A stretch of DNA of 64,000 nt, from positions 18,336 through 82,335 of the IMG/VR virus record IMGVR_UViG_3300050821_010487, one strand, 5' to 3'. The translations under genes and the position numbers were made by a program. The notes beneath the pieces were generated by a model, which saw nothing but the letters and a program-made list of their open reading frames with translations, did no database searches and was not told the origin of the DNA. The DNA is from a virus. Each line of letters starts with the position of its first letter. Within the stretch, counting starts at the first letter, position 1. Shown piece after piece: positions 27,440 to 36,227 of this stretch.

Positions 27440-28431
27440 GCGACGAGCTGTGGATCGAGGCGTCAGCCGACCACGAGGGCCTGGTCAGGGAGGCAGCGTT
27501 CGCGCGGGCCGACGCCGAGCTTGAGCCGGTGATGTCGTTCCTGCTCGGTGCCCGCTCCCCCCAGGAGTTCGCGCACCGCAGCGCGCTCGCCCAGGAGTCT
27601 GTGCGCTCTGTCGCCTCCCTCTGCGGCGTGGGCGAGGACGAGCTGATGGCCACGGCCCGGCGCCGCTTCGAGCTGTACCGGCAGGCTCTTGCCGAGGGCG
27701 TGGACCCGCTGCAGGAGGTCGTGGACTGCTCCCACGCCTCCGGTGGCCCGGAGAAGCCTGACGAGCATTCGACGGGCCCGGCGCCGGACGCCTACTCCGA
27801 GGTCCCCCCCGCCCCCCCGAGGGGCCCGGCCCCGCAGGTGACCCAGGTCCGGCCGCCGCAGATGGGCCCGGTGCAAGAGGCCACCGGCTCGCTGCGCCGG
27901 CGGGCCGACACGGGGGGCGCCGCGGACATGACGCCGTTCTACACCCCGCCGATGCCCCCGGACACCGGCACGGGGATGGGCTCGACTGACACCAGCGTCC
28001 CGGGTGCGAACACCAACGACATGACGCCGTCGCTGCCGAACAGCGGGCCGGCGGGCGCCAACGCCCCGATGCCTGAGATCGGCCAGGTGACGTCCTCGAA
28101 GGACCCGGTCCGGCGCCAGGTTCTGGCGACCGCGGCGCTGATCAGGCAGGCGAACCGGCACCTGCCCCCGGCCGAGTGCGAGCGCGTTGCCCGCCAGGTG
28201 GTCGGCCGTTACCTGACCGCCGACCTGGCGGGCTCGGTGATGGACGATGACCCCGGCAGCGGAGGCGGTGATGGCGGCGGCAGCCACGACAGCGGCACCG
28301 GCCCGTTCGGCCACATGCTTGAGTGGAAGGGACTCAACTCCATGATGCCGGGCGGCGGTGGCGGTGCTGCCGGCGAGGCTGCCGGAGCCGGTGAGGGGCT
28401 CGGGGAGCTGGCAGGACTCGCCGCGCTCTAG
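27436..28431 (+). CDS. Probable virion/head-associated protein
   Basis: 331 aa, coupled; shares GPEKPDEH...YxEVP with upstream protein. Confidence 0.55.
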   Translation: MSDELWIEASADHEGLVREAAFARADAELEPVMSFLLGARSPQEFAHRSALAQESVRSVASLCGVGEDELMATARRRFELYRQALAEGVDPLQEVVDCSHASGGPEKPDEHSTGPAPDAYSEVPPAPPRGPAPQVTQVRPPQMGPVQEATGSLRRRADTGGAADMTPFYTPPMPPDTGTGMGSTDTSVPGANTNDMTPSLPNSGPAGANAPMPEIGQVTSSKDPVRRQVLATAALIRQANRHLPPAECERVARQVVGRYLTADLAGSVMDDDPGSGGGDGGGSHDSGTGPFGHMLEWKGLNSMMPGGGGGAAGEAAGAGEGLGELAGLAAL

Positions 28432-28934
28432 CTGAACTGCAGCGCACCAAGGTGCAAGTCGCTACCTGGCATGACTACCTTGTGGACTTCGTAGGGTGGC
28501 CCGATCGGCTTCCCGTGGACGTCCCGTAGCTGCACGGTGTGGACAGTGCAGGAGGGCAGCCCCTTGAGGACAAGACCGCCCTCCCGGCTCCATTCTGAGA
28601 TGTAGCTCACCCCGGGCGGTTCAGAGGTTATGTCGGCGGTGTACGGCGGCTCAAATCCGAGGTCGCTGAGGCTGATCTTCCCCTCATCCTCAGCAGCTTC
28701 TGGCGAAGTGTCTCCGTTTGCGCAGCCGTAGAAGTATCCGGACCAGAAGTGGGCGAACGCCTTGTCCTGCTCATCAAGAGTGGGATCGTCGTGGATGACC
28801 TTCTGCGCCCTGGCGGCAGCGTTGGCATCTCCCGGGTCAAAACGAACGATCTCGCGCTCGGTGCCGTCCTCGAACAGGATGACCTCACCGCCGATCTGCT
28901 GGATGAGGAACAGTTCACTGGGCAGCCGTGCCAT
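28428..28934 (-). CDS. Hypothetical protein
   Basis: GGAGG RBS; last gene of leftward block. Confidence 0.65.
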   Translation of the reverse strand: MARLPSELFLIQQIGGEVILFEDGTEREIVRFDPGDANAAARAQKVIHDDPTLDEQDKAFAHFWSGYFYGCANGDTSPEAAEDEGKISLSDLGFEPPYTADITSEPPGVSYISEWSREGGLVLKGLPSCTVHTVQLRDVHGKPIGPPYEVHKVVMPGSDLHLGALQFS

Positions 28935-28935
28935 G

Positions 28936-29202
28936 TCAGCCTCCGGGGGGTTGATCTTTGGGGAACCGGAACCCGCCCCAGCATGAGCAGCCGACGGACG
29001 GGTCAGAACAGTCGTGGGCATTGCGCAGCCAGCCGGCGAAGTTGGCCAGGTTCACCCGGGGCGAGTAATGCCGGCTCACGCCAGGGCCCGAAGGAGAGCG
29101 CCACGGCTTGCGCCAGAAGAGGTCGAGCACAGGCCCGTGCCAGCGGCGCATCCGCCGCTGCATCACGTGGATCACTTCGTCGTTACGGGTTTTGTACGGC
29201 AT
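28936..29202 (-). CDS. Hypothetical protein
   Basis: AAGGAG RBS. Confidence 0.5.
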   Translation of the reverse strand: MPYKTRNDEVIHVMQRRMRRWHGPVLDLFWRKPWRSPSGPGVSRHYSPRVNLANFAGWLRNAHDCSDPSVGCSCWGGFRFPKDQPPGG

Positions 29203-30148
29203 GTCCCGGGTCTCCTTCCAGTGCATGCTTGATCTCGCGGCCGAAAGCCCGTGCGACGGGCGGCGGGAAGGCGTTGCCGATCTGCCGGTAGGCGGCCGTC
29301 TTGGTGCCTGAGAACCACCAGTCATCGGGGAAGCCCTGCAGCCGCGCGACCATGCGGAGCGTCAGCCGGGGGAGGTGGTCAGCGGGCTCGTCCGGGCCGG
29401 GGGCCAGCTCGGCGATCGAGCCGCCGTTGACGTGCAGCTCCCGCCATGCCGCCCTGGCCCGGGTCGGGCCGAGGTCGGGGCCGCCGTGCTTCTTGCTGCC
29501 GCCCACGATGGTGGGTGCGACTTTGTTGCAGAGTAGCGACCAGTGATGCGCCCACGGCCATCCGTTCTCTGCCATCAGGTCGTACAGCGCTTCCCCCGCG
29601 GTGGCGCCGGGGACGATGGTGTAGGGCCAGTGGAACCGTTGGCACCACGGTGCGCGCAGCGCCACCAGGACCAGGCGCGGCCGGAGCTGGGGAACGCCGA
29701 AGGTGCAGGCGTTGATGCCCTGCCACCAGCTCTGGGCGTAACCCAGTTTCCAGAGCCGCTCCGCCACCTGCCAGCGGTAGCCGGCGAACTTCTTCTGGCC
29801 GAGGCCCATGACGTTCTCCAGCAGCACCGCGCGGGGCTGGGCTTCCTCGATGATCCGCAGCGCCTCAGGGAACAGGTCGCGCTCGTCGGCGTGCCCGAGC
29901 TGCTTGCTGCCGACGGAGAACGGCTGGCACGGGACACCCCCGGCGACCAGGTCCACGCCGCGGAACTGGCGGCCGTCGAGGTTGCGGATGTCGTCCTCGA
30001 TGATTTTCGTGCCGCAGAGGTTGGTGCGCAGTGTGATGCAGGCGTCGGAGTCGATCTCGGCTAGCGCCACGTGCCGGAACCCGGCCTGGTCGAGTCCGAG
30101 CGCCTGGCCGCCGCCTCCCGCGCAGATCTCCACGGCTGTGAGGCTCAT
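29183..30148 (-). CDS. C5 cytosine DNA methyltransferase (NaeI/NgoMIV-like)
   Basis: EICAGGGG, GGVPCQPFS, ENV, QLRPR, YRQIGNAFPP; TRD APTIVGGSKKHGGPDLGPTRAR. Confidence 0.93.
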   Translation of the reverse strand: MSLTAVEICAGGGGQALGLDQAGFRHVALAEIDSDACITLRTNLCGTKIIEDDIRNLDGRQFRGVDLVAGGVPCQPFSVGSKQLGHADERDLFPEALRIIEEAQPRAVLLENVMGLGQKKFAGYRWQVAERLWKLGYAQSWWQGINACTFGVPQLRPRLVLVALRAPWCQRFHWPYTIVPGATAGEALYDLMAENGWPWAHHWSLLCNKVAPTIVGGSKKHGGPDLGPTRARAAWRELHVNGGSIAELAPGPDEPADHLPRLTLRMVARLQGFPDDWWFSGTKTAAYRQIGNAFPPPVARAFGREIKHALEGDPGHAVQNP

Positions 30149-30846
30149 ACGGACGTGACCTCCTCTGGGGTGGGTGCCCGCCAGGCCCATGCCTGCGACC
30201 GCTCAGCGCGCCTCTCGTGCAGCGCGCGGAGAGAGTAGTAGCGGCTCTGGATGTCAGCCTTGATGCCGTCCCGGACCCCGAGGTCGATCGTCGCCAGGGC
30301 GGCCTGGTAGGCCTTGTAGGAGCAGCGTGGCCGCAGACCCAGGGCAGCCTTCAAACGGCGCGTGTAGACCTCCTGGGCGCGCTCCATGAGGGTCCTGGTG
30401 TAGGCGCTGTACTTCGCCCGCAGAGGGTGCCCGTAGTAGCGACCGTGGCAGGCCTCGCAGTAGTGCCGGTACCTGCCTCCGCCGACCGAGGTGCCCCAGC
30501 CCTGGACCCCAGAGCCCTTGCAGCCAGGGCAATCGAGGTAGCCGGTGAAGTGCTCCCGGTCGCGGCGCCAGCTCGGGCAGTGCGGCGGGTAGTTCACGCT
30601 GCGGGCGCCGTCGAGAACCGCGATCTTCTCGACGTAGGGCCCGGCCGCGGTGCAGGCGTAGCACAGGCCGTTGCACGCTCCGGCGTGGACTTCAGCGGGG
30701 TGGTTGCCGTCGGCGTTCAGCAGCTTGTTACAGCGCAGGCAGTGCAGCTCGACCTGGAATAGGCCGTCGCTGCCCATCTGCAGATCCTTGAGCTGCTGCT
30801 GCCAGCGTTCTACCACTGCTGCGGCGGGGCCGCGTTCGCTGGTCAT
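30145..30846 (-). CDS. Cys-rich hypothetical protein
   Basis: Several CxxC motifs. Confidence 0.7.
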   Translation of the reverse strand: MTSERGPAAAVVERWQQQLKDLQMGSDGLFQVELHCLRCNKLLNADGNHPAEVHAGACNGLCYACTAAGPYVEKIAVLDGARSVNYPPHCPSWRRDREHFTGYLDCPGCKGSGVQGWGTSVGGGRYRHYCEACHGRYYGHPLRAKYSAYTRTLMERAQEVYTRRLKAALGLRPRCSYKAYQAALATIDLGVRDGIKADIQSRYYSLRALHERRAERSQAWAWRAPTPEEVTSV

Positions 30847-31235
30847 ATCCGGCCACCCCTCCAGTTGACGGGCCCGTGGACAGCCATCCGGGCACAGAAG
30901 ACGAGCACCCCAGCGCGCTTGATCACAAGCTGATAGGCCTCGCTGTCAAACGGCACCTTGGCCATGTCGAGCGCGACGTCGGTGAGCAGCCAGGCATAAC
31001 CACCCGGGGTGAGGATGTAGCGGGGGACCTCGCTGTCGTCCGGGTCCTTGACCGAGAGGAAGCCGCGGTGCACCAGGCTCTCGCAGATCTTCGAGGTGTC
31101 GTAGAGCGACCCCGCCAGGGGCGCCAGCGCCCGGGACCAGAATCCGGTGTCAGCGACGGCGCGCAGCACCTGCCGCTGCCGCCGGCCCATGCCGGAGCCG
31201 AGGTCGCGCTCGGTCATGACGACGATCCTGCTCAT
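30843..31235 (-). CDS. Putative winged-helix protein
   Basis: RQRQVLRAV...ESLVHRGFL...YILTPGG. Confidence 0.55.
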   Translation of the reverse strand: MSRIVVMTERDLGSGMGRRQRQVLRAVADTGFWSRALAPLAGSLYDTSKICESLVHRGFLSVKDPDDSEVPRYILTPGGYAWLLTDVALDMAKVPFDSEAYQLVIKRAGVLVFCARMAVHGPVNWRGGRI

Positions 31236-31236
31236 G

Positions 31237-31629
31237 TCAGGCCTTCTCTGCGTAGATGGTGCTGCCGAAGCCACCGCCGAGGCGGAAGTAGCCGACGATG
31301 GGGCAGGAGCCGCGGAGGACCATGGCCACCGGGCTGTCCTTGACAGGAGCCCGGTAGATGAAGATCCCCGGCAGCTCCCTGCTGACGATCCCGGCGTCGA
31401 GCAGGTTCTTGTCGGGGGTGCTGAGGTCTCCCTCCCGCCGCAGCTTGATCTCCCGCGCCAGGTGCCAGGCAAGCGAAGAGCTGGCACGGTCGGCGATCAT
31501 GCGCCCGGCCGCTGCCTTGTCGGGAGCCACCACCAGGACGTGGACCTGGTGGTGGCTGCCGGTCATCCCCAGGGCCCGGCACCAGTCGGTCGGCACCATG
31601 GCCACGGAGTTAGACGTGAAGATCTTCAT
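31237..31629 (-). CDS. Hypothetical protein
   Basis: 130 aa in leftward operon. Confidence 0.65.
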   Translation of the reverse strand: MKIFTSNSVAMVPTDWCRALGMTGSHHQVHVLVVAPDKAAAGRMIADRASSSLAWHLAREIKLRREGDLSTPDKNLLDAGIVSRELPGIFIYRAPVKDSPVAMVLRGSCPIVGYFRLGGGFGSTIYAEKA

Positions 31630-32290
31630 GCGGTGCCGCCAGGGGGGAGGAGGTGAAGTGGGTCAGAACGGTGCGCCGGCTGTAGGACTCGGCGCAGGAG
31701 GTGCACACCAGGGCGGTCTCCTGGGGGTCCTGGTTGCGGTAGTTGTAGCTGATCTTGCGGGTGGCCGGGGTGTGGCTGTGGCCGACGGTGTCGCACCGCT
31801 TCTGCTGCGGCAGCCGCATGCTCTTGAGCAGCGCGGCCATGGTGAACTCGGCCGGGCCGATGTGGAGGCCGCTGTCGAGGTCCGGGTCGGATGAGGTGAA
31901 CGCGACGTCGGTGACGCCCTGCTTCGACAGCTTGCGGATGTTCGACCAGCCGCCGTGCAGCTTGACGTCCACCCAGCCGCGGCCGGTGATGAACACCTGG
32001 GCGATGCGGACCTTGTGGTGACCGAAGTATTCGCGTACGGCCGGGGCGGTCGCCTCGTAGATGGGAACCGCGGTCACGTCCTGGGCGCCGTATCCCCAGC
32101 GGTTGGCGTAGGTGATGGCGCGGGAGCGGACCGAGTCGTAGGAGTTGCCGTGCGCCAGCTCGGCCCACTGGCCCTTGCTGTTGCGCGCGATCCCGGCCAC
32201 GCCCCACTTGTTCGGCGGGGAGGTGTAGGTGATCTCGGTGCCGTCGGGGGCGTACGCCGCTCCCCTGACCGTCTTGGTGGTGCTGGCCAT
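31610..32290 (-). CDS. Hypothetical protein
   Basis: AGGAGG RBS; first gene after promoter at 32328. Confidence 0.75.
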   Translation of the reverse strand: MASTTKTVRGAAYAPDGTEITYTSPPNKWGVAGIARNSKGQWAELAHGNSYDSVRSRAITYANRWGYGAQDVTAVPIYEATAPAVREYFGHHKVRIAQVFITGRGWVDVKLHGGWSNIRKLSKQGVTDVAFTSSDPDLDSGLHIGPAEFTMAALLKSMRLPQQKRCDTVGHSHTPATRKISYNYRNQDPQETALVCTSCAESYSRRTVLTHFTSSPLAAPHEDLHV

Positions 32291-32327
32291 CTGGTCCTCC
32301 TGGCTGCCGGTTTCCTTGCTAAGAGGA

Positions 32328-32356
32328 ACATTACAGCTTTTCTTGCTAACGCGCAA
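32328..32356 (-). promoter_or_regulatory. Conserved phage promoter
   Basis: TTGCGC-GTTAGCAAGAAAAGCTG-TAATGT. Confidence 0.85.
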
Positions 32357-32362
32357 CCCCGG

Positions 32363-32992
32363 TCAGGCAGCCAGGTCCCATCCGGCCCGGACCCAGCGGG
32401 CGGGGCTCAGCCGGTGCCATCGTTCGCACCGCAGGATCTCCGCGGCCACGGGCAGGTTCGGGGAGTTCAGTCCTGGCCTGTAGTGGACGTAGCCGTCGCG
32501 GTCGCGCCAGTAGTTGCATTTGAGGATGTTGCACTCCGAGCACAGCGTCATCAGGTTCCAGATTGCGGTCAGGCCGCCACCAGCCCACGGGCGGATGTGG
32601 TCGGCGTGCAGATCGCCTTTCACCACGCCGCCACCGCCGCACCAGACACACCGGTACCGGTCGGCCCGCATCACGGCCCGGTGCACCCGGGCGGGGATGT
32701 CCTGCGAGTTCTGCTGCAGGCGCGGAACGGGATCGCGCCACCTGGTTCCGTTGATCAGCCTGGCCCGGTGGCGGGCCCGTGTCTTAGGCGGGATCAGCAG
32801 CATCGGCACCTTGTTCAGCGACACCAGGAAGGCGGGCATCATGATGCCGGCGAGCGCGCCCAGGGAGAGCAGCACCAGCAGGCCCTTCCCCTCGAAAGGC
32901 TCGTGAAGGTACCCCCAGCCCGCCACGGCGGCCGTGGGCGGCACGAGAGAGGCCGCGGGGAATCCGCGGGCACGGCGGCGCCTCCTAGCCAT
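32363..32992 (-). CDS. HNH endonuclease with N-terminal hydrophobic segments
   Basis: CVWC...HADHIRPWAGGG...NLMTLCSECNILK. Confidence 0.85.
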   Translation of the reverse strand: MARRRRRARGFPAASLVPPTAAVAGWGYLHEPFEGKGLLVLLSLGALAGIMMPAFLVSLNKVPMLLIPPKTRARHRARLINGTRWRDPVPRLQQNSQDIPARVHRAVMRADRYRCVWCGGGGVVKGDLHADHIRPWAGGGLTAIWNLMTLCSECNILKCNYWRDRDGYVHYRPGLNSPNLPVAAEILRCERWHRLSPARWVRAGWDLAA

Positions 32993-33257
32993 GGCGGCGC
33001 TCCTGGGGGCCCGCTTGCTGCACCCGGGCAGCCAGCTCAGCGAATTGCTCCTGCAGCGTTCTGATGTCTCCCTCCAGCTCGGCCACCCGGTTTTCCAGGG
33101 TGCGGACGAGCTGGAGGGTAGGCACCCCGCCTAGATCCCTGGCGGTGTGGGTGTGATCCTCGCGGGCAGCCCTGCTCACGTCCAGGATGTCGTGCTCGTG
33201 CCGGTCGGGTGCGGCACCGACGTCGCGGGCATCGTGGGTGTGGCCGTCGCAGCTCAC
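32985..33257 (-). CDS. Hypothetical protein with HxHxxxD repeats and coiled coil
   Basis: HTHDARDV, HEHDILDV, HTHTARDL. Confidence 0.65.
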   Translation of the reverse strand: MSCDGHTHDARDVGAAPDRHEHDILDVSRAAREDHTHTARDLGGVPTLQLVRTLENRVAELEGDIRTLQEQFAELAARVQQAGPQERRHG

Positions 33258-33538
33258 AGCACACCGTCCCGGTACCGCGCCTCGTGCAGCGCCCCGGCCC
33301 GCCAGAGGTCCCCCAGCGCGCTCAGGAGGGTGTGCAGCGAGACCTGGCCGGTGAGCCTGTTGTCGGGGAGTAGCTCGCGGGCCCGCGCCTCGATCACGGC
33401 GACAGCCGCGTCCGGCAGCTCGTTGCGCTGCCCCTCGCGGGTCATCGCCACCAGCTTGAGGCGTGCGTCGGCCTCCGCGACCATCGCGTCCCGCAAGCGC
33501 TCTGTCTGGTCTACCAGGTCGGTCAGGGAGTAGGTCAT
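33254..33538 (-). CDS. Hypothetical protein
   Basis: GGAGGA RBS, coupled. Confidence 0.65.
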   Translation of the reverse strand: MTYSLTDLVDQTERLRDAMVAEADARLKLVAMTREGQRNELPDAAVAVIEARARELLPDNRLTGQVSLHTLLSALGDLWRAGALHEARYRDGVL

Positions 33539-34020
33539 GGCTTCCTCCTGCGGACGCTCGGGCAGTTCTCGGGCTTGCGGTGCTTGACCTTCTTCGCCTG
33601 GCTCAGCCACAGCCCCCATTGCGTCGAGCGGCCCCAGCACTCCACACAGAAGCCGTGCTTTCTGGCTTCGGCCGTGAACGCTTCCACGGCCTCGTGGCGG
33701 GCCTCTTCCCGGCTGGCGGCCTGCTGCTCGTTGAAGCGGTGCAGCCATGCTCGCTGGGAGGATGCCTCTTCGGCCTGCTGCCGTGCCAGGCGGATCTGCG
33801 CCACGCGCTCGGCGGTGCCGGCGCCGCCGACGATGCACGCCGGGCTGGCGCACGGGCCGGGCCAGGAGCGCAGCTTGTAGTACTGGCCGCTGGGGTCGCA
33901 GACGCCGCCGCAGAACGGGCAGTCCCACGAGCCATCCGGCCACGTGGTGGTGACGGGCCGGGTCTCCCCGTCGATCGTGGTGACCGACGGGGGCGGCAGG
34001 GTGACGACCGGAGTGGTCAC
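33535..34020 (-). CDS. Hypothetical zinc-binding protein
   Basis: CPFC, CVEC; AAGGAG RBS. Confidence 0.65.
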   Translation of the reverse strand: MTTPVVTLPPPSVTTIDGETRPVTTTWPDGSWDCPFCGGVCDPSGQYYKLRSWPGPCASPACIVGGAGTAERVAQIRLARQQAEEASSQRAWLHRFNEQQAASREEARHEAVEAFTAEARKHGFCVECWGRSTQWGLWLSQAKKVKHRKPENCPSVRRRKP

Positions 34021-34030
34021 GTACGGCTCC

Positions 34031-34894
34031 TTACTTGAAGTAGGCGAGCTGCTTGCGCTCGGCGTTGCGCTGGATCTTGTCGATCTCTGCCTGGGTGGCT
34101 CCGGTGCCGGGGTTGGCGGCCTCACGGGCCAGCAGGACGGCCTTGGCCTGCTCGGCTGCCACAAGGGTGGTCTCGTACCAGCAGTGGTGGTCGTTGGGGC
34201 CGCTGTAGTGCTTGAACTCCATCGCCTCGCGGAGGACCTCCTTGCAGCGGTACACGGTCTCGACCCAGTCGCCCCGGCCCCCGCGGCCGATGCGGCCGTC
34301 GGTGAAGCGCTGCTCGGGGGTGAGGGTCTTGGCGGCCTTCTTGGCGTCGCGCTCGGCCTTGGCAGCGTCACGTGCGCCCTTGGTCTTGTCGCGCTCGACC
34401 TGGCCGAGAGTCTTGCTGCGGTGCTCGACCGGGGCGCTGGGGAAGCAGACGCTGCACAGCGCCGGGCCCAGCTCGGCGACCGCGTCCTCGGCGGTCTTGC
34501 CGGACAGGTTCGGGTACCAACCCATCGGGGTGGTGGCGTAGACGGTGGAGCAGCCGCGCAGCGAGCTGTGGATGTGCCCGTCGGCATTGCGGCAGGGGAA
34601 GAAGCGGGTCCAGCGCTGCTCGCGGTAGATCTCCTCCATGGCGCCGATCTGCTCGCCGATGCGCTTGAAGGCGCGCTTGGCCTGGTCGTACTCGACTCGG
34701 GCAATCGGGCTGGACTTCTCGTAGGCCACGCTGGGCGCCATCCCCCAGGGGTGGTTGCGCTGGCAGTAGTCGCGCTTGTCGCCGGCGTCGTGGTGGACCT
34801 GGTCGGCTTTGTAGCGGAGAGTCCGCTCGGCCTTGGCCAGCTCATCGAACAGAGCGGCTTCGGCTTCGTCGTGGGCCTTGGGGCTGATGGTCAC
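34031..34894 (-). CDS. Hypothetical phage protein
   Basis: 287 aa; GHIHSS..C...LCSVCFPSAP; first gene after promoter. Confidence 0.8.
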   Translation of the reverse strand: MTISPKAHDEAEAALFDELAKAERTLRYKADQVHHDAGDKRDYCQRNHPWGMAPSVAYEKSSPIARVEYDQAKRAFKRIGEQIGAMEEIYREQRWTRFFPCRNADGHIHSSLRGCSTVYATTPMGWYPNLSGKTAEDAVAELGPALCSVCFPSAPVEHRSKTLGQVERDKTKGARDAAKAERDAKKAAKTLTPEQRFTDGRIGRGGRGDWVETVYRCKEVLREAMEFKHYSGPNDHHCWYETTLVAAEQAKAVLLAREAANPGTGATQAEIDKIQRNAERKQLAYFK

Positions 34895-34927
34895 TGTGCC
34901 TCCCTGGTTCGGTTCCTTGCAGAACCA

Positions 34928-34956
34928 ACATTACAGGGTTTCTTGCTAACGGTCAA
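34928..34956 (-). promoter_or_regulatory. Conserved phage promoter
   Basis: TTGACC-GTTAGCAAGAAACCCTG-TAATGT. Confidence 0.88.
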
Positions 34957-35768
34957 TCCATCCAGCCCAGCTTCGCCAGCATTCCCTCGCGCCAGAGAAG
35001 AGCAAAGCCGAGGCAGTTGTTGCAGTGCTGGTGGGTGTGCCCCGGCAGCGGCAGCTCCCGGCACGCCGTCAAGGACCAGGACGTCGAGTCCGAGCTGACC
35101 AGGCAGTCGCCGAACAGCTCCAGGCCGGTGGTCTTCACGCCGAAGCCGTGCAGCCGGATGCCGTGGCTGGCGAGGTCGCTGGCGATGATCCCGGCCATCG
35201 TCGTGCTCTGCCGCCGGCAGAAGGTGCCGAGCCCCACCGTCTTGAAGCTGGCCAGGTCCACGCCCGCGTCCTCGTACATCTCCCGGCATCGCAGGTAGTC
35301 GAACCGGCGCTTGCCCTGGAGCGTGGGGATGACCGGGCACGGCCCGTCGCCCCCGGACGGCCACAGCTCCACCAGGCGCAGGTAGTTGTCCACGGTGCGG
35401 CGCAGGTGGTCGTGGACCTGCAGCCCGGTCGCGGCGAGGATCTCGTCCTCATTCATGAAATCCATGCCCGCGGCCCACTGCAGGCTGCCGATCTCCGCCT
35501 GGTAGCGCGCGACGTTCGCGAGGTACTGCTGCTCGGTGAACTGCCAGCGGCCGGTGTGCTTGAGCTGCATGTAGCCGCCCGAGTCCAGCGCCCAGGGGCC
35601 GATCGCCCGGGGAAGGGTCTTGCGGTCGCGCAGGTGCTGGTCGGCGACGAACAGCGGGACGTCTGTCTGCTCCAGCCATGCGGGCTTGTGGGTACCGAGG
35701 TAGAACACAGGGGCCTGAGAGGCCACCGGCCCGGTGGTTAGCCGGGCCGGTGTGGTCGTGGTGGTCAT
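34953..35768 (-). CDS. TGT/DpdA-like base-exchange transglycosylase
   Basis: FYLG, WALDSGG, D-x-M-x-E, IPTLQG, VGLGTFCRR, LHGFGVK, SSDSTSW. Confidence 0.75.
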   Translation of the reverse strand: MTTTTTPARLTTGPVASQAPVFYLGTHKPAWLEQTDVPLFVADQHLRDRKTLPRAIGPWALDSGGYMQLKHTGRWQFTEQQYLANVARYQAEIGSLQWAAGMDFMNEDEILAATGLQVHDHLRRTVDNYLRLVELWPSGGDGPCPVIPTLQGKRRFDYLRCREMYEDAGVDLASFKTVGLGTFCRRQSTTMAGIIASDLASHGIRLHGFGVKTTGLELFGDCLVSSDSTSWSLTACRELPLPGHTHQHCNNCLGFALLWREGMLAKLGWMD

Positions 35769-36160
35769 CAGATGTCCATCGGGTAGTGCTGCGGGCCCGC
35801 GCACAGTTCGAGCGCCATCTGGTGCTCGCACAGCTTGCCGCTGAACTCCATGGCGCCGATCCCGCCGTCCCAGGTGCCGCCCGAGGCGACCACCGCGGCG
35901 TAGCGCCCGGCGTCCTCGGGGCTGCCGCCGCCGGCGACCCAGGACATGACCCCTTCGGCGTAGATCTCGTCGGCCTGCTGAGAGGCCAGCTCCTCGCTCA
36001 CCTCGTAGCAGGCGCGGACCGCGGCGGGGTTCTCGTGCCGGACGCGGACTTCGAACCGCGGGTGGTTGCCGCACAGGATGCCGTGCGGGGCGGTGTCCTC
36101 GGGGAGCCCGAAGCTGCCGGAGTTGTAGCCCTCTGCCTCGCGGACCAGGTCTTGTGTCAT
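35768..36160 (-). CDS. Hypothetical protein
   Basis: GGAGG RBS after promoter; CEH...C.GP.HY tail. Confidence 0.75.
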   Translation of the reverse strand: MTQDLVREAEGYNSGSFGLPEDTAPHGILCGNHPRFEVRVRHENPAAVRACYEVSEELASQQADEIYAEGVMSWVAGGGSPEDAGRYAAVVASGGTWDGGIGAMEFSGKLCEHQMALELCAGPQHYPMDI

Positions 36161-36198
36161 GTTCGCTGCCTCCCTGTAGCCGTCCCTTGCAAGACAGA

Positions 36199-36227
36199 AC
36201 ATTACAGGGTTTCTTGCTAATGCGCAA
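36199..36227 (-). promoter_or_regulatory. Conserved phage promoter
   Basis: TTGCGC-ATTAGCAAGAAACCCTG-TAATGT. Confidence 0.85.

Noticed and set aside
29183-32992. Methyltransferase plus HNH as a restriction-modification pair
   Set aside because: Separated by four genes and a promoter; no recognisable type II endonuclease
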